In this document: one piece after another, positions 24,001 through 36,475 of the stretch
Numbering within the stretch: the first letter of the stretch is position 1
Layout: every line of letters starts with the position of its first letter
Source of the DNA: Leptogorgia sarmentosa
Lineage: Eukaryota
Assembly: GCA_964658305.1 (NCBI GenBank)
Contig: OZ210884.1
Location: 4,526,001 to 4,590,000, forward strand
Length of the DNA stretch: 64,000 bases
Direction: 5' to 3'
Position numbers and translations under genes: made by a program
Notes under the pieces: generated by a model
Told to the model about the DNA's origin: nothing
Seen by the model: only the letters and a program-made list of their open reading frames with translations
The model's database searches: none

Positions 24001-27000
24001 TAGGATTGTTTAAAGGGGGGTGGCCGAGGGCGAAGCCCGAGCTTTCTAGGGGGGTCCGGGGGCATGCCCCCAGAAAATTTTTGAGTTTTTGGGTCTCTGA
24101 AATGGCATTTCCAGCATCTTGAGAGGCATTTTTCGAAGTACGTTTGAGCACTGAGCAGTAGAGAAAAGGTTATATATATTTGGGTTACGTTACTTGTACT
24201 TTTTTGTAACACTTTAAAGAAAAACACTTGAAAAAACAAATGAAAACTACAACTTCACGGTCAACTGAGCTGTCCTTAACGAAAGAGCAATAGTAAATCA
24301 GAAACGTCAACAGACAGTTGAGAATAAATTAATTCAATTGTCCACGAAAAGTGAGGATGCATTCATCCTTCTAGGATGCAATGCCATAAAACATTCACAT
24401 ATCTGCCTTCTGTCGAAGGCATAACAGCCATATCGGAAAGCCGGGAGGTCGCCATTGTGCGTCATTTATTAATATTTTTCTAGACCAAAGAGGGGGGTGG
24501 CTTGCCACCCAATCCACCCCCCTTAAATCCGCCCCTGCGAGCAAACTATTCATGAAAAGTGCTCCTGTAACGGAAGTAAATTCTGCAATGCAGAGCTCCA
24601 CACGAATTAACTCACTCGCTTCCGGCTCGCTCGCTGCGTCAGCAATTAATTGATATTAATTTATCAACATGTTCCCTCTTGGTATGTCGGTGATACATCT
24701 GAAAATGCATAATTACTACAATATACACATTTGCCATACACTTCAAAAACATATATCGAGCGAGATATCATGTTGCACTAATTAAAGGATTTTTTCCCTA
24801 ATAGCAACAACAGTTCCACCAACAGAAGATTCAGCATCAACATCAACATCGCCTACACCTACACGACTACCACTTACAACAACAAAAGGTAAGTGTTCGA
24901 AGGGTAAACTCGACTTCAACGTCAAAAGCCCGTTTTCCACTTCATTATTTCACCATCGCCGGCCAAAAAATTGACAAAGAAATCATGTTTTTACATTCAT
25001 ACTGCGGACAATATACTGATGAACTGATAATTGTGTTTTCAATGCATAGTCGATAAAAAAAGACACCGAGTGATGATATAATCCTGATATATCGAGTTAG
25101 ATATGTTGTTGCATTAATGCACGTATTGTTCCCTTAATAGCTACCGCTGCTCCAACAACAGAAGAGATGACATCAACAACAATACCGCCTACACCAGCTG
25201 CACCTGCAAAAACAGAAGGTAGGCGTGCTCAAAACAACATGGAAGAACTGCCGATGGAGTATCAAATAATTAAGTTTCAACGACGCAAACTTGGTCGAAT
25301 AGTGACATGATCTGCTTGTTTGCACTCATTAAATTTATTGTTGATCACGAGATGTGCGAAAAATATTTATAAGCTTTGCATTAATTAAAATCATCCTTTT
25401 TTGTTCCAAACGTTCAAAGTGTGCGTTCAGTTCAAGTCTACATATAATTATGCGAGAACAATTGGAGATTTATAGTACGAGTAACGTTTGGAATATTCAG
25501 AATTATTTTACAAACTGAAAAAAGGCTTACTTATTCGGCGGGCTAGCGTGGCGAAACGTGTCGCCAACCTTAAGTACTAGTAGCAGTACCTTTAAAGGCG
25601 CCAAATACGCAGGCCTGTTTTCAGGCTGCATGTGTGGAAGCTGATCACGAATACAAAAAAAAATAACCCACCTAAAATTAAGAGGTTTCTACAAATCCCT
25701 TATACACATATATTAACAACTTTTGAGCTAAAATCAAGCTTTTCATTTTCAATTTTATCCAGAGGCACTTTCAAAATTTAAAACCACGACCAATGGTACT
25801 ATACAGGATCGAGTTACAGGTGTGGGAATCGTCAAAGGTAATTTCATTTATTAGCTTACTTTATGATGAACACATGGTTAAAGGATAAAAAACACACAAA
25901 ATTCTGAAAAAAATTAAAATAGTACAACTCATTACAACAGGGTTAAAGACAATCCTATGTATAGTATTAAATTACGCGCGCAAAATCTAACCATTTCTTT
26001 GTTAGTTGTATATCAATTTTCCATGCTTTATAATAAAGTATACAAAATTTGTAAACTTAGCTTTACAAGGTAATAATTTACACATTAATGTTTTCACCCA
26101 AACGTAGCAGCTATAAAGCTTCGGATATAGTTGCCATCCTTATTATGACAATACCATAACTTCGTATAAACTTATTATGTATATAAATATTATAGCTACT
26201 GTTCGTTTATTCGTTTTTAATTAAGACATAATATACAAACGAATGCCAACCTCTATTGGGCTCCTATATTAGCTACCTTGTATTGTTCTATGGAAAATAT
26301 CATTGTAGACGTAACATCCCACAAACGTCTTGAACTAATCGGTGATTTCTTTTTTTATGACCTAATCTATTGCAATGGATCTATTTTTCAACTGGTCCAT
26401 AAATCCCAAAAGTTCATATTTAATATATTATGACATTTCAGTTCCAGACTTGAAGCCCTGTAAAAATGAATGCTGCAAAGGGGAAAGAATCGTCCCAAAG
26501 TATTCCTTATGTGGGTCATTCGAGTACGATCAGTGTACACAGTTGTGTTGTGATGGACATATTCACGATAGACTCGAAAGGATCACTTCATGTTGCGGTA
26601 GAAATACATACAATATGAATACGCAAATTTGTTGCAATGGAAGAGCTGAACAAAGATATAGTTGCCGACGTGGATGGACGTATTCATGGCTAAAATATTA
26701 CGCAATATATGAGACAAAATGTGATGATCGCGGAGTGTTTTATAAAAGACTTTATCACAAAAAGCAATGCTCGGGTAAGTTATTACGATATTAATTACCA
26801 CAGCTAGAATATTGTACAGATAGGACACTCGAGGGTGTTTTCCCTGCAAGTGTTCAACATTTGCCATTGCGTAATATTTTGTAATGTGTCAGTGATGGGT
26901 TTGGGCCAGACTATATCTTGGTTGGAACAAATATACAAAACGGGTTTCGTGATACAAGAAAGGGACAATGCCAGAAATCCTAATGACAATCCACTATACA

Positions 27001-30000
27001 TAAATAGACATTGGAACCACCCACCATGCATCACAAAGCAACTACCCATATCGATCAACAAACACATTTTGGCCCTCTCATCAGACGAGCAAACTATTCA
27101 TGAAAAGTGCTCCTGTAACGGAAGTAAATTCTGCAATGCAGAGCTCCACACGAATTAACTCACTCGCTTCGGGCTCGCTCTCTGCGTCAGCAATTAATTG
27201 ATATTAATTTATCAACATGTTCCCTCTTGGTATGTCATCAACATGTTCCCTCTTGGTATGTCGGTGATACATCTGAAAATGCATAATTACTGCAATATAC
27301 ACATTTGCCATACACTTCAAAAACATATATCGAGCGAGATATCATGTTGCACTAATTAAAGGATTTTTTCCCTAATAGCAACAACAGTTCCACCAACAGA
27401 AGATTCAGCATCAACATCAACATCGCCTACACCTACACGACTACCACTTACAACAACAAAAGGTAAGTGTTCGAAGGGTAAACTCGACTTCAACGTCAAA
27501 AGCCCGTTTTCCACTTCATTATTTCACCATCGCCGGCCAAAAAATTGACAAAGAAATCATGTTTTTACATTCATACTGCGGACAATATACTGATGAACTG
27601 ATAATTGTGTTTTCAATGCATAGTCGATAAACAAAGACACCGAGTGATGATATAATCCTGATATATCAAGTTAGATATGTTGCTGCATTAATGCACGTAT
27701 TGTTTCCTTAATAGCTACCGCTGCTCCAACAACAGAAGAGATGACATCAACAACAATACCGCATACACCAGCTGCACCTGCAAAAACAGAAGGTAGGCGT
27801 GCTCAAAACAACATGGAAGAACTGCCGATGGAGTATCAAATAATTAAGTTTCAACGACGCAAACTTGGTCGAATAGTGACATGATCTGCTTGTTTGCACT
27901 CATTAAATTTATTGTTGATCACGAGATGTGCGAAAAATATTTATAAGCTTTGCATTAATTAAAATCATTCTTTTTTGTTCCAAACGTTCAAAGTGTGCGT
28001 TCAGTTCAAGTCTACATATAATTATGCGAGAACAATTGGAGATTTATAGTACGAGTAATGTTTGGAATATTCAGAATTATTTTACAAACTGAAAAAAGGC
28101 TTACTTATTCGGCGGGCTAGCGTGGCGAAACGTGTCGCCAACCTTAAGTACTAGTAGCAGTACCTTTAAAGGCGCCAAATACGCGGGCCTGTTTTCAGGC
28201 TGCATGTGTGGAAGCTGATCACGAATACAAAAAAAAATAACCCACCTAAAATTAAGAGGTTTCTACAAATCCCTTATACACATATATTAACAACTTTTGA
28301 ACTAAAATCAAGCTTTTCATTTTCAATTTTATCCAGAGGCACTTTCAAAATTTAAAACCACAACCAATGGTACTATACAGGATCGAGTTACAGGTGTGGG
28401 AATCGTCAAAGGTAATTTCATTTATTAGCTTACTTTATGATGAACACATGGTTAAAGGATAAAAAACACACAAAATTCTGAAAAAAATTAAAATAGTACA
28501 ACTCATTACAACAGGGTTAAAGACAATCCTATGTATAGTATTAAATTACGCGAGCAAAATCTAACCATTTCTTTGTTAGTTGTAAATCAATTTTCCATGC
28601 TTTATAATAAAGTATACACAATTTTTAAACTTAGCTTTACAAGGTAATATTTTACACATTAATTTTTTCACCCAAACGTAGCAGCTATAAAGCTTCGGAT
28701 ATAGTTGCCATCCTTATTATGACAATACCATAACTTCGTATAAATTTATTATGTATATAAATATTATAGCTATACTGTTCGTTTATTCGTTTTTAATTAA
28801 GACATAATATACAAACGAATGCCAACCTCTATTGGGCTCCTATTAGCTACCTTGTATTGTTCTATGGAAAATATCATTGTAGACGTAACATCCCACAAAC
28901 GTCTTGAACTAATCGGTGATTTCTTTTTTTATGACCTAATCTATTGCAATGGATCTATTTTTCAACTGGTCCATAAATCCCAAAAGTTCATATTTAATAT
29001 ATTATGACATTTCAGTTCCAGACTTGAAGCCCTGTAAAAATGAATGCTGCAAAGGGGAAAGAATCGTCCCAAAGTATTCCTCATGTGGGTCATTCGAGTA
29101 CGATCAGTGTACACAGTTGTGTTGTGATGGACATATTCACGATAGACTCGAAAGGATCACTTCATGTTGCGGTAGAAATACATACAATATGAATACGCAA
29201 ATTTGTTGCAATGGAAGAGCTGAACAAAGATATAGTTGCCGACGTGGATGGACGTATTCATGGCTAAAATATTACGCAATATATGAGACAAAATGTGATG
29301 ATCGCGGAGTGTTTTATAAAAGACTTTATCACAAAAAGCAATGCTCGGGTAAGTTATTACGATATTAATTACCACAGCTAGAATATTGTACAGATAGGAC
29401 ACTCGAGGGTGTTTTCCCTGCAAGTGTTCAACATTTGCCATTGCGTAATATTTTGTAATGTGTCAGTGATGGGTTTGGGCCAGACTATATCTTGGTTGGA
29501 ACAAATATACAAAACGGGTTTCGTGATACAAGAAAGGGACAATGCCAGAAATCCTAATGACAATCCACTATACATAAATAGACATTGGAACCACCCACCA
29601 TGCATCACAAAGCAACTACCCATATCGATCAACAAACACATTTTGGCCCTCTCATCAGACGAGCAAACTATTCATGAAAAGTGCTCCTGTAACGGAAGTA
29701 AATTCTGCAATGCAGAGCTCCACACGAATTAACTCACTCGCTTCGGGCTCGCTCTCTGCGTCAGCAATTAATTGATATTAATTTATCAACATGTTCCCTC
29801 TTGGTATGTCATCAACATGTTCCCTCTTGGTATGTCGGTGATACATCTGAAAATGCATAATTACTGCAATATACACATTTGCCATACACTTCAAAAACAT
29901 ATATCGAGCGAGATATCATGTTGCACTAATTAAAGGATTTTTTCCCTAATAGCAACAACAGTTCCACCAACAGAAGATTCAGCATCAACATCAACATCGC

Positions 30001-33000
30001 CTACACCTACACGACTACCACTTACAACAACAAAAGGTAAGTGTTCGAAGGGTAAACTCGACTTCAACGTCAAAAGCCCGTTTTCCACTTCATTATTTCA
30101 CCATCGCCGGCCAAAAAATTGACAAAGAAATCATGTTTTTACATTCATACTGCGGACAATATACTGATGAACTGATAATTGTGTTTTCAATGCATAGTCG
30201 ATAAACAAAGACACCGAGTGATGATATAATCCTGATATATCAAGTTAGATATGTTGCTGCATTAATGCACGTATTGTTTCCTTAATAGCTACCGCTGCTC
30301 CAACAACAGAAGAGATGACATCAACAACAATACCGCATACACCAGCTGCACCTGCAAAAACAGAAGGTAGGCGTGCTCAAAACAACATGGAAGAACTGCC
30401 GATGGAGTATCAAATAATTAAGTTTCAACGACGCAAACTTGGTCGAATAGTGACATGATCTGCTTGTTTGCACTCATTAAATTTATTGTTGATCACGAGA
30501 TGTGCGAAAAATATTTATAAGCTTTGCATTAATTAAAATCATTCTTTTTTGTTCCAAACGTTCAAAGTGTGCGTTCAGTTCAAGTCTACATATAATTATG
30601 CGAGAACAATTGGAGATTTATAGTACGAGTAATGTTTGGAATATTCAGAATTATTTTACAAACTGAAAAAAGGCTTACTTATTCGGCGGGCTAGCGTGGC
30701 GAAACGTGTCGCCAACCTTAAGTACTAGTAGCAGTACCTTTAAAGGCGCCAAATACGCGGGCCTGTTTTCAGGCTGCATGTGTGGAAGCTGATCACGAAT
30801 ACAAAAAAAAATAACCCACCTAAAATTAAGAGGTTTCTACAAATCCCTTATACACATATATTAACAACTTTTGAACTAAAATCAAGCTTTTCATTTTCAA
30901 TTTTATCCAGAGGCACTTTCAAAATTTAAAACCACAACCAATGGTACTATACAGGATCGAGTTACAGGTGTGGGAATCGTCAAAGGTAATTTCATTTATT
31001 AGCTTACTTTATGATGAACACATGGTTAAAGGATAAAAAACACACAAAATTCTGAAAAAAATTAAAATAGTACAACTCATTACAACAGGGTTAAAGACAA
31101 TCCTATGTATAGTATTAAATTACGCGAGCAAAATCTAACCATTTCTTTGTTAGTTGTAAATCAATTTTCCATGCTTTATAATAAAGTATACACAATTTTT
31201 AAACTTAGCTTTACAAGGTAATATTTTACACATTAATTTTTTCACCCAAACGTAGCAGCTATAAAGCTTCGGATATAGTTGCCATCCTTATTATGACAAT
31301 ACCATAACTTCGTATAAATTTATTATGTATATAAATATTATAGCTATACTGTTCGTTTATTCGTTTTTAATTAAGACATAATATACAAACGAATGCCAAC
31401 CTCTATTGGGCTCCTATTAGCTACCTTGTATTGTTCTATGGAAAATATCATTGTAGACGTAACATCCCACAAACGTCTTGAACTAATCGGTGATTTCTTT
31501 TTTTATGACCTAATCTATTGCAATGGATCTATTTTTCAACTGGTCCATAAATCCCAAAAGTTCATATTTAATATATTATGACATTTCAGTTCCAGACTTG
31601 AAGCCCTGTAAAAATGAATGCTGCAAAGGGGAAAGAATCGTCCCAAAGTATTCCTCATGTGGGTCATTCGAGTACGATCAGTGTACACAGTTGTGTTGTG
31701 ATGGACATATTCACGATAGACTCGAAAGGATCACTTCATGTTGCGGTAGAAATACATACAATATGAATACGCAAATTTGTTGCAATGGAAGAGCTGAACA
31801 AAGATATAGTTGCCGACGTGGATGGACGTATTCATGGCTAAAATATTACGCAATATATGAGACAAAATGTGATGATCGCGGAGTGTTTTATAAAAGACTT
31901 TATCACAAAAAGCAATGCTCGGGTAAGTTATTACGATATTAATTACCACAGCTAGAATATTGTACAGATAGGACACTCGAGGGTGTTTTCCCTGCAAGTG
32001 TTCAACATTTGCCATTGCGTAATATTTTGTAATGTGTCAGTGATGGGTTTGGGCCAGACTATATCTTGGTTGGAACAAATATACAAAACGGGTTTCGTGA
32101 TACAAGAAAGGGACAATGCCAGAAATCCTAATGACAATCCACTATACATAAATAGACATTGGAACCACCCACCAAGCATCACAAAGCAACTACCCATATC
32201 GATCAACAAACACATTTTGGCCCTCTCATCAGACGAGCAAACTATTCATGAAAAGTGCTCCTGTAACGGAAGTAAATTCTGCAATGCAGAGCTCCACACG
32301 AATTAACTCACTCGCTTCGGGCTCGCTCTCTGCGTCAGCAATTAATTGATATTAATTTATCAACATGTTCCCTCTTGGTATGTCATCAACATGTTCCCTC
32401 TTGGTATGTCGGTGATACATCTGAAAATGCATAATTACTGCAATATACACATTTGCCATACACTTCAAAAACATATATCGAGCGAGATATCATGTTGCAC
32501 TAATTAAAGGATTTTTTCCCTAATAGCAACAACAGTTCCACCAACAGAAGATTCAGCATCAACATCAACATCGCCTACACCTACACGACTACCACTTACA
32601 ACAACAAAAGGTAAGTGTTCGAAGGGTAAACTCGACTTCAACGTCAAAAGCCCGTTTTCCACTTCATTATTTCACCATCGCCGGCCAAAAAATTGACAAA
32701 GAAATCATGTTTTTACATTCATACTGCGGACAATATACTGATGAACTGATAATTGTGTTTTCAATGCATAGTCGATAAAAAAAGACACCGAGTGATGATA
32801 TAATCCTGATATATCGAGTTAGATATGTTGTTGCATTAATGCACGTATTGTTCCCTTAATAGCTACCGCTGCTCCAACAACAGAAGAGATGACATCAACA
32901 ACAATACCGCCTACACCAGCTGCACCTGCAAAAACAGAAGGTAGGCGTGCTCAAAACAACATGGAAGAACTGCCGATGGAGTATCAAATAATTAAGTTTC

Positions 33001-35677
33001 AACGACGCAAACTTGGTCGAATAGTGACATGATCTGCTTGTTTGCACTCATTAAATTTATTGTTGATCACGAGATGTGCGAAAAATATTTATAAGCTTTG
33101 CATTAATTAAAATCATCCTTTTTTGTTCCAAACGTTCAAAGTGTGCGTTCAGTTCAAGTCTACATATAATTATGCGAGAACAATTGGAGATTTATAGTAC
33201 GAGTAATGTTTGGAATATTCAGAATTATTTTACAAACTGAAAAAAGGCTTACTTATTCGGCGGGCTAGCGTGGCGAAACGTGTCGCCAACCTTAAGTACT
33301 AGTAGCAGTACCTTTAAAGGCGCCAAATACGCGGGCCTGTTTTCAGGCTGCATGTGTGGAAGCTGATCACGAATACAAAACAAAATAACCCACCTAAAAT
33401 TAAGAGGTTTCTACAAATCCCTTATACACATATATTAACAACTTTTGAGCTAAAATCAAGCTTTTCATTTTCAATTTTATCCAGAGGCACTTTCAAAATT
33501 TAAAACCACGACCAATGGTACTATACAGGATCGAGTTACAGGTGTGGGAATCGTCAAAGGTAATTTCATTTATTAGCTTACTTTATGATGAACACATGGT
33601 TAAAGGATAAAAAACACACAAAATTCTGAAAAAAATTAAAATAGTACAACTCATTACAACAGGGTTAAAGACAATCCTATGTATAGTATTAAATTACGCG
33701 CGCAAAATCTAACCATTTCTTTGTTAGTTGTATATCAATTTTCCATGCTTTATAATAAAGTATACAAAATTTGTAAACTTAGCTTTACAAGGTAATAATT
33801 TACACATTAATGTTTTCACCCAAACGTAGCAGCTATAAAGCTTCGGATATAGTTGCCATCCTTATTATGACAATACCATAACTTCGTATAAATTTATTAT
33901 GTATATAAATATTATAGCTACTGTTCGTTTATTCGTTTTTAATTAAGACATAATATACAAACGAATGCCAACCTCTATTGGGCTCCTATTAGCTACCTTG
34001 TATTGTTCTATGGAAAATATCATTGTAGACGTAACATCCCACAAGCGTCTTGAACTAATCGGTGATTTCTTTTTTTATGACCTAATCTATTGCAATGGAT
34101 CTATTTTTCAACTGGTCCATAAATCCCAAAAGTTCATATTTAATATATTATGACATTTCAGTTCCAGACTTGAAGCCCTGTAAAAATGAATGCTGCAAAG
34201 GGGAAAGAATCGTCCCAAAGTATTCCTTATGTGGGTCATTCGAGTACGATCAGTGTACACAGTTGTGTTGTGATGGACATATTCACGATAGACTCGAAAG
34301 GATCACTTCATGTTGCGGTAGAAATACATACAATATGAATACGCAAATTTGTTGCAATGGAAGAGCTGAACAAAGATATAGTTGCCGACGTGGATGGACG
34401 TATTCATGGATAAAATATTACGCAATATATGAGAAAAAATGTGGTGATCGCGGAGTGTTTTATAAGGATCCTTATCACAAAACGCAATGCCCGGGTAAGT
34501 TATTACGATATTAATTACCACAGCTAGAATATTGTACAAATAGGACACTCGAGGGTGTTTTCCCTGCAAGTGCTCAACATTTGCCATTGCGTAATATTTT
34601 GTAATGTTCCTGTCATGGGTTTGGGCCAGACTATATCTTAGTTGGAACAAATATACAAAACGGGTTTCGTGATACCAGAAAGGGACAATGAATTAACTCG
34701 TTCGCTTCAGGCTAGCTCGCTACGTCAGCAATTAATTGATATTAATTTATCAACATGTTCCCTCTTGACATTTCGGTGATACATTTGAAAATGTTTAATT
34801 ACTGCAATATACACATTTGCCATACACTTCAAAAACATATATCGAGCGAGATATCATGCATGTTCCACATTTTTCCCTAATAGCAACAACTGTTCCACCA
34901 ACAGAAGATACAGCATCAACAGCAACATCACCACCACCTACAACAACAAAAGGTAAGTGTTCGAACAGGAATTAGAGTAAACCCGACGTCAACGTCAAAA
35001 GCCCGTTTTCCACTTCATTATTTCACCATCGCCGGCCAAAAAATTGACAAAGAAATCATGTTTTTACATTCATACTTCGAACAATATACTGATGAACTTA
35101 TTTTGTGTTCCAATTCATAGTCGTTTCGGAAAGCTTTTGAAGTCTTGCAGCGTAGATCTTGGCCTTTGTTTTTGCCTTTTCAGAGGCACTTAAAGCTTCT
35201 GGTCTTCATGACTGTCCACCATACTTGGTGATGACCTACGATATACGACGACCCAAAATGGTGGGCAAATTGAGGAACTTATCAGACTCCGCTATGCTGC
35301 CTTTTACCCGGGTGTAAATAGCCGCGCGGTATTATTAGCCTCGTCCGGGGATGACGCCTGGAAGGCGCTGCGCCCCGTGGCTCGGGGATAAACTGCAAGT
35401 TTCCGATATTGCAATTTTTTGCCATAGTATTAGGATCCCGGACCGTGGTCAAATATCGTAAAATTCCGCCCGCTGCTGCAGCCAATCAGATTGCAGATAA
35501 TGCTAGGATTCCACCCGCTGCTAATTTACAAATACAAATATATATTTCCTTTGTTTTTTAGTTTGTCAAGATTCAAGCCCAACAGAAGACTGTCAATATT
35601 GGAAGAGCAACAAGAACTTTTGTAACAGAGATGATGCACATAAGTACTGTGCTAAAACGTGTGGTGAATGCAAATAA
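3073..35677 (+). CDS. Secreted proprotein convertase (kexin/furin-like, S8B) fused to galaxin-like Cys-rich repeats, Thr-rich linkers and a C-terminal ShKT domain; full 33-exon model, ~1594 aa
   Basis: Exons: 3073-3144, 3356-3487, 4379-4443, 5335-5420, 5540-5718, 5872-6066, 6606-6703, 8658-8767, 9088-9205, 10319-10647, 11235-11309, 12142-12546, 13630-13707, 14329-14403, 15029-15355, 24805-24888, 25141-25218, 25763-25837, 26448-26774, 27379-27462, 27715-27792, 28337-28411, 29022-29348, 29953-30036, 30289-30366, 30911-30985, 31596-31922, 32527-32610, 32863-32940, 33485-33559, 34168-34494, 34884-34952, 35562-35677. All phases are compatible; the total is 4785 nt with no stop until TAA 35675-35677. 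Two donors are GC (3145, 5421). The joins are not confirmed by a transcript. Confidence 0.75.
3356..11309 (+). CDS. Subtilisin/kexin catalytic domain plus P domain of the convertase (10 exons)
   Basis: Motifs: WAKGYTGKGIVVAVVDHG (catalytic Asp), HGTKCAG (His), YSNSWGP, SGNGG (oxyanion Asn), DSCAFDGY, RTSAAAAMASGIIALLLEAN (Ser), LTWRDVQHL, NGAG, GFG, IEHVQV, SPHGT, HFWGE, FYGT. Confidence 0.96.
12142..12546 (+). CDS. Galaxin-like di-cysteine repeat exon, copy 1 (longest and most divergent)
   Basis: Phase 1-1 exon, AG/GT bounded: HCCGDIGIYDNIVAKCCKG...LCGSFEYDQCTQLCCNG...SCCGRTTYNMNTQICCNG. The CC-G-x-Y-[DN]-x-CC-x-G periodicity resembles coral galaxin and usherin-like Cys repeats. Confidence 0.85.
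13859..13996. mobile_element. Truncated Tc1/mariner (pogo/Tigger-like) MITE
   Basis: TA|CAGTAGAACCTCGCTAACTCGAA terminus with repeated TAACTCG motifs. It is absent at the homologous position of the later tandem copies (e.g. ~25365). Confidence 0.65.
15029..15355 (+). CDS. Galaxin-like Cys-rich exon, copy 2
   Basis: DLKPCKNECCKGERIVPKYSLCG...KKQCS; phase 1-1. Homologous to copy 1 but 78 nt shorter. Confidence 0.85.
15585..15880. mobile_element. ~296-bp interspersed element insertion (unclassified)
   Basis: Other tandem copies read CCACTATACATAAATAGACATTGG (empty site, e.g. 26991-27014). Here that sequence is interrupted by this segment. Confidence 0.8.
16010..18530 (+). repeat. Minisatellite, 9-bp unit family (CATACACAC/TATACACGC/TATACATGC/TATACAGGC) with higher-order blocks; left arm
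   Basis: Direct reading. It yields stop-free IHT/IHA, YTP/YTL and THH/TRY frames. Confidence 0.97.
18608..18826. mobile_element. Small MITE (Tc1-like termini) inside the foldback arm
   Basis: CAATCGCGTGCAAAAATTATTGAGAC...GTCTCATCATTTTTGCACGCGATTG. An inverted partial copy lies at 20572-20767. Confidence 0.7.
18830..19160. repeat. Degenerate tandem repeat of the palindromic TAGTCATGACTA motif
   Basis: Repeated GACTATAGTCATGACT variants. The motif also occurs at 18565-18600 and 20775-20810. Confidence 0.8.
19165..20560 (+). pseudogene. 5'-truncated, degenerate CR1/L2-clade LINE reverse transcriptase relic
   Basis: NYRPISVISNVAKIFEKLV, QSGFR, DTIDHQILLSKL..YGI, CGVPQGS, LGTVIDDKLSW, YDALVMPHFNYCSTVW, LQKRAARII, SFSYGGAACWNNIP. 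Contains frameshifts, stops and an internal deletion. Confidence 0.9.
20254..20373. mobile_element. PIF/Harbinger-type (Tourist-like) MITE with TAA TSD, inserted in the LINE relic
   Basis: TAA|GGCCTAGGTCAAACGTCGAACTTTTCATG...CATGAAAAGTTCGACGTTTGACCTAGGCC|TAA. A second family member lies at 38251-38370. Confidence 0.88.
20850..23890 (-). repeat. The same 9-bp minisatellite in inverted orientation; right arm
   Basis: GTGTGTATG/GCGTGTATA/GCATGTATA units, the reverse complement of the 16010-18530 family. Confidence 0.97.
23989..24537. mobile_element. 549-bp non-autonomous DNA element with short TIRs and a 5-bp TSD
   Basis: CGAGC|CAGGGGCGGAT...ATCCGCCCCTG|CGAGC. The empty site TCAGACGAGCAAAC occurs in later tandem copies. 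Confidence 0.88.
24538..35120 (+). repeat. Tandem segmental duplication, ~2574-bp unit, about four near-identical copies each carrying four coding exons (a more diverged, interrupted unit lies at ~13540-15947)
   Basis: Homologous ORFs recur at 26375, 28949, 31523 and 34095 (spacing 2574, 2574, 2572). The introns are also almost identical. Confidence 0.97.
35562..35677 (+). CDS. Terminal exon encoding an ShKT (ShK toxin-like) domain
   Basis: After a polypyrimidine-AG acceptor (phase 1): VCQDSSPTEDCQYWKSNKNFCNRDDAHKYCAKTCGECK*. Six Cys with the canonical CxD...C..W....C...CxKTCGxC pattern. Confidence 0.9.
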
Positions 35678-36067
35678 AATTCTAGAATATGTAAAGGATA
35701 TTTAACAGCGGGGCGAAAATAATAGTGGTACATTTGCATAGTCAAAATAATACTTGACGAAAGAGAACGTTAACAGCGTGCGAGTTAAACATCTTTTACC
35801 ACAAGAAAATAAAAATCATTCTGTTTCCATATAATCATTCTGTTTTCATTATATGGATAAAAGTTGAAAGGGCACTAGAAATGTCATGCATGCATATACT
35901 GCATGTTGCTCACCATACACCTTCGAATTCGTTAATACATGCATTTCAAAGCAAAATCGGAAAAGGGTATAAATGTGAAATTTTTTACAGTATTATAAAT
36001 TTCTTCTTCGATTATCAAATTGTCAGTAAAAACCACCTAATGGAGAATGCCAAAACGTGTTGAAATA

Positions 36068-36331
36068 TGCCATTTCACGTCTCTTTCTCAAATGACACGA
36101 GGAACGAGTTAGTTACTATGATAAGTCATGTCAAGACAATAAATCTGGAAACTTATCAACATTCAATCGATTATAACTTTCCTTGACACAAGTTAAAATT
36201 ATTGTGGTAGCGGATGTCGTCACCATCATTACCCATGTTATCCATGTACCCCCAAAATTACCCATGGATACAATCAAGAAGAAAGCTTGGTGAAAGTAAT
36301 CGGAGAATTTAATAAAAGAGCTGGAAATCCC
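36068..36331 (-). pseudogene. Partial tandem duplicate of the last exon and 3' UTR of the adjacent SLC49A4-like gene
   Basis: Closely matches 36410-36677 (encodes SSFIKFSDYF..AFFLIVSMGNFGGTWITWVMMVT...FPDLLS*). No upstream part. Confidence 0.85.
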
Positions 36332-36475
36332 ATCTATGAATTCACTTTGGTGACATTAATATCGGGACAATCTATGCTTATAGTTAAATTTGGAAGGTTC
36401 CATTTATACATGCCATATTCACGTCTCTTTCCCAAATGACACTAGGAACGAATTTGTTACTTATGATAAGTCATT

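Noticed and set aside
26375..26794. 139-aa ORFs (also 14956, 28949, 31523, 34095) as stand-alone genes
   Set aside because: No signal peptide for such Cys-rich sequences, and internal AG/GT sites delimit a phase-1 exon. The ORF ends are intronic.
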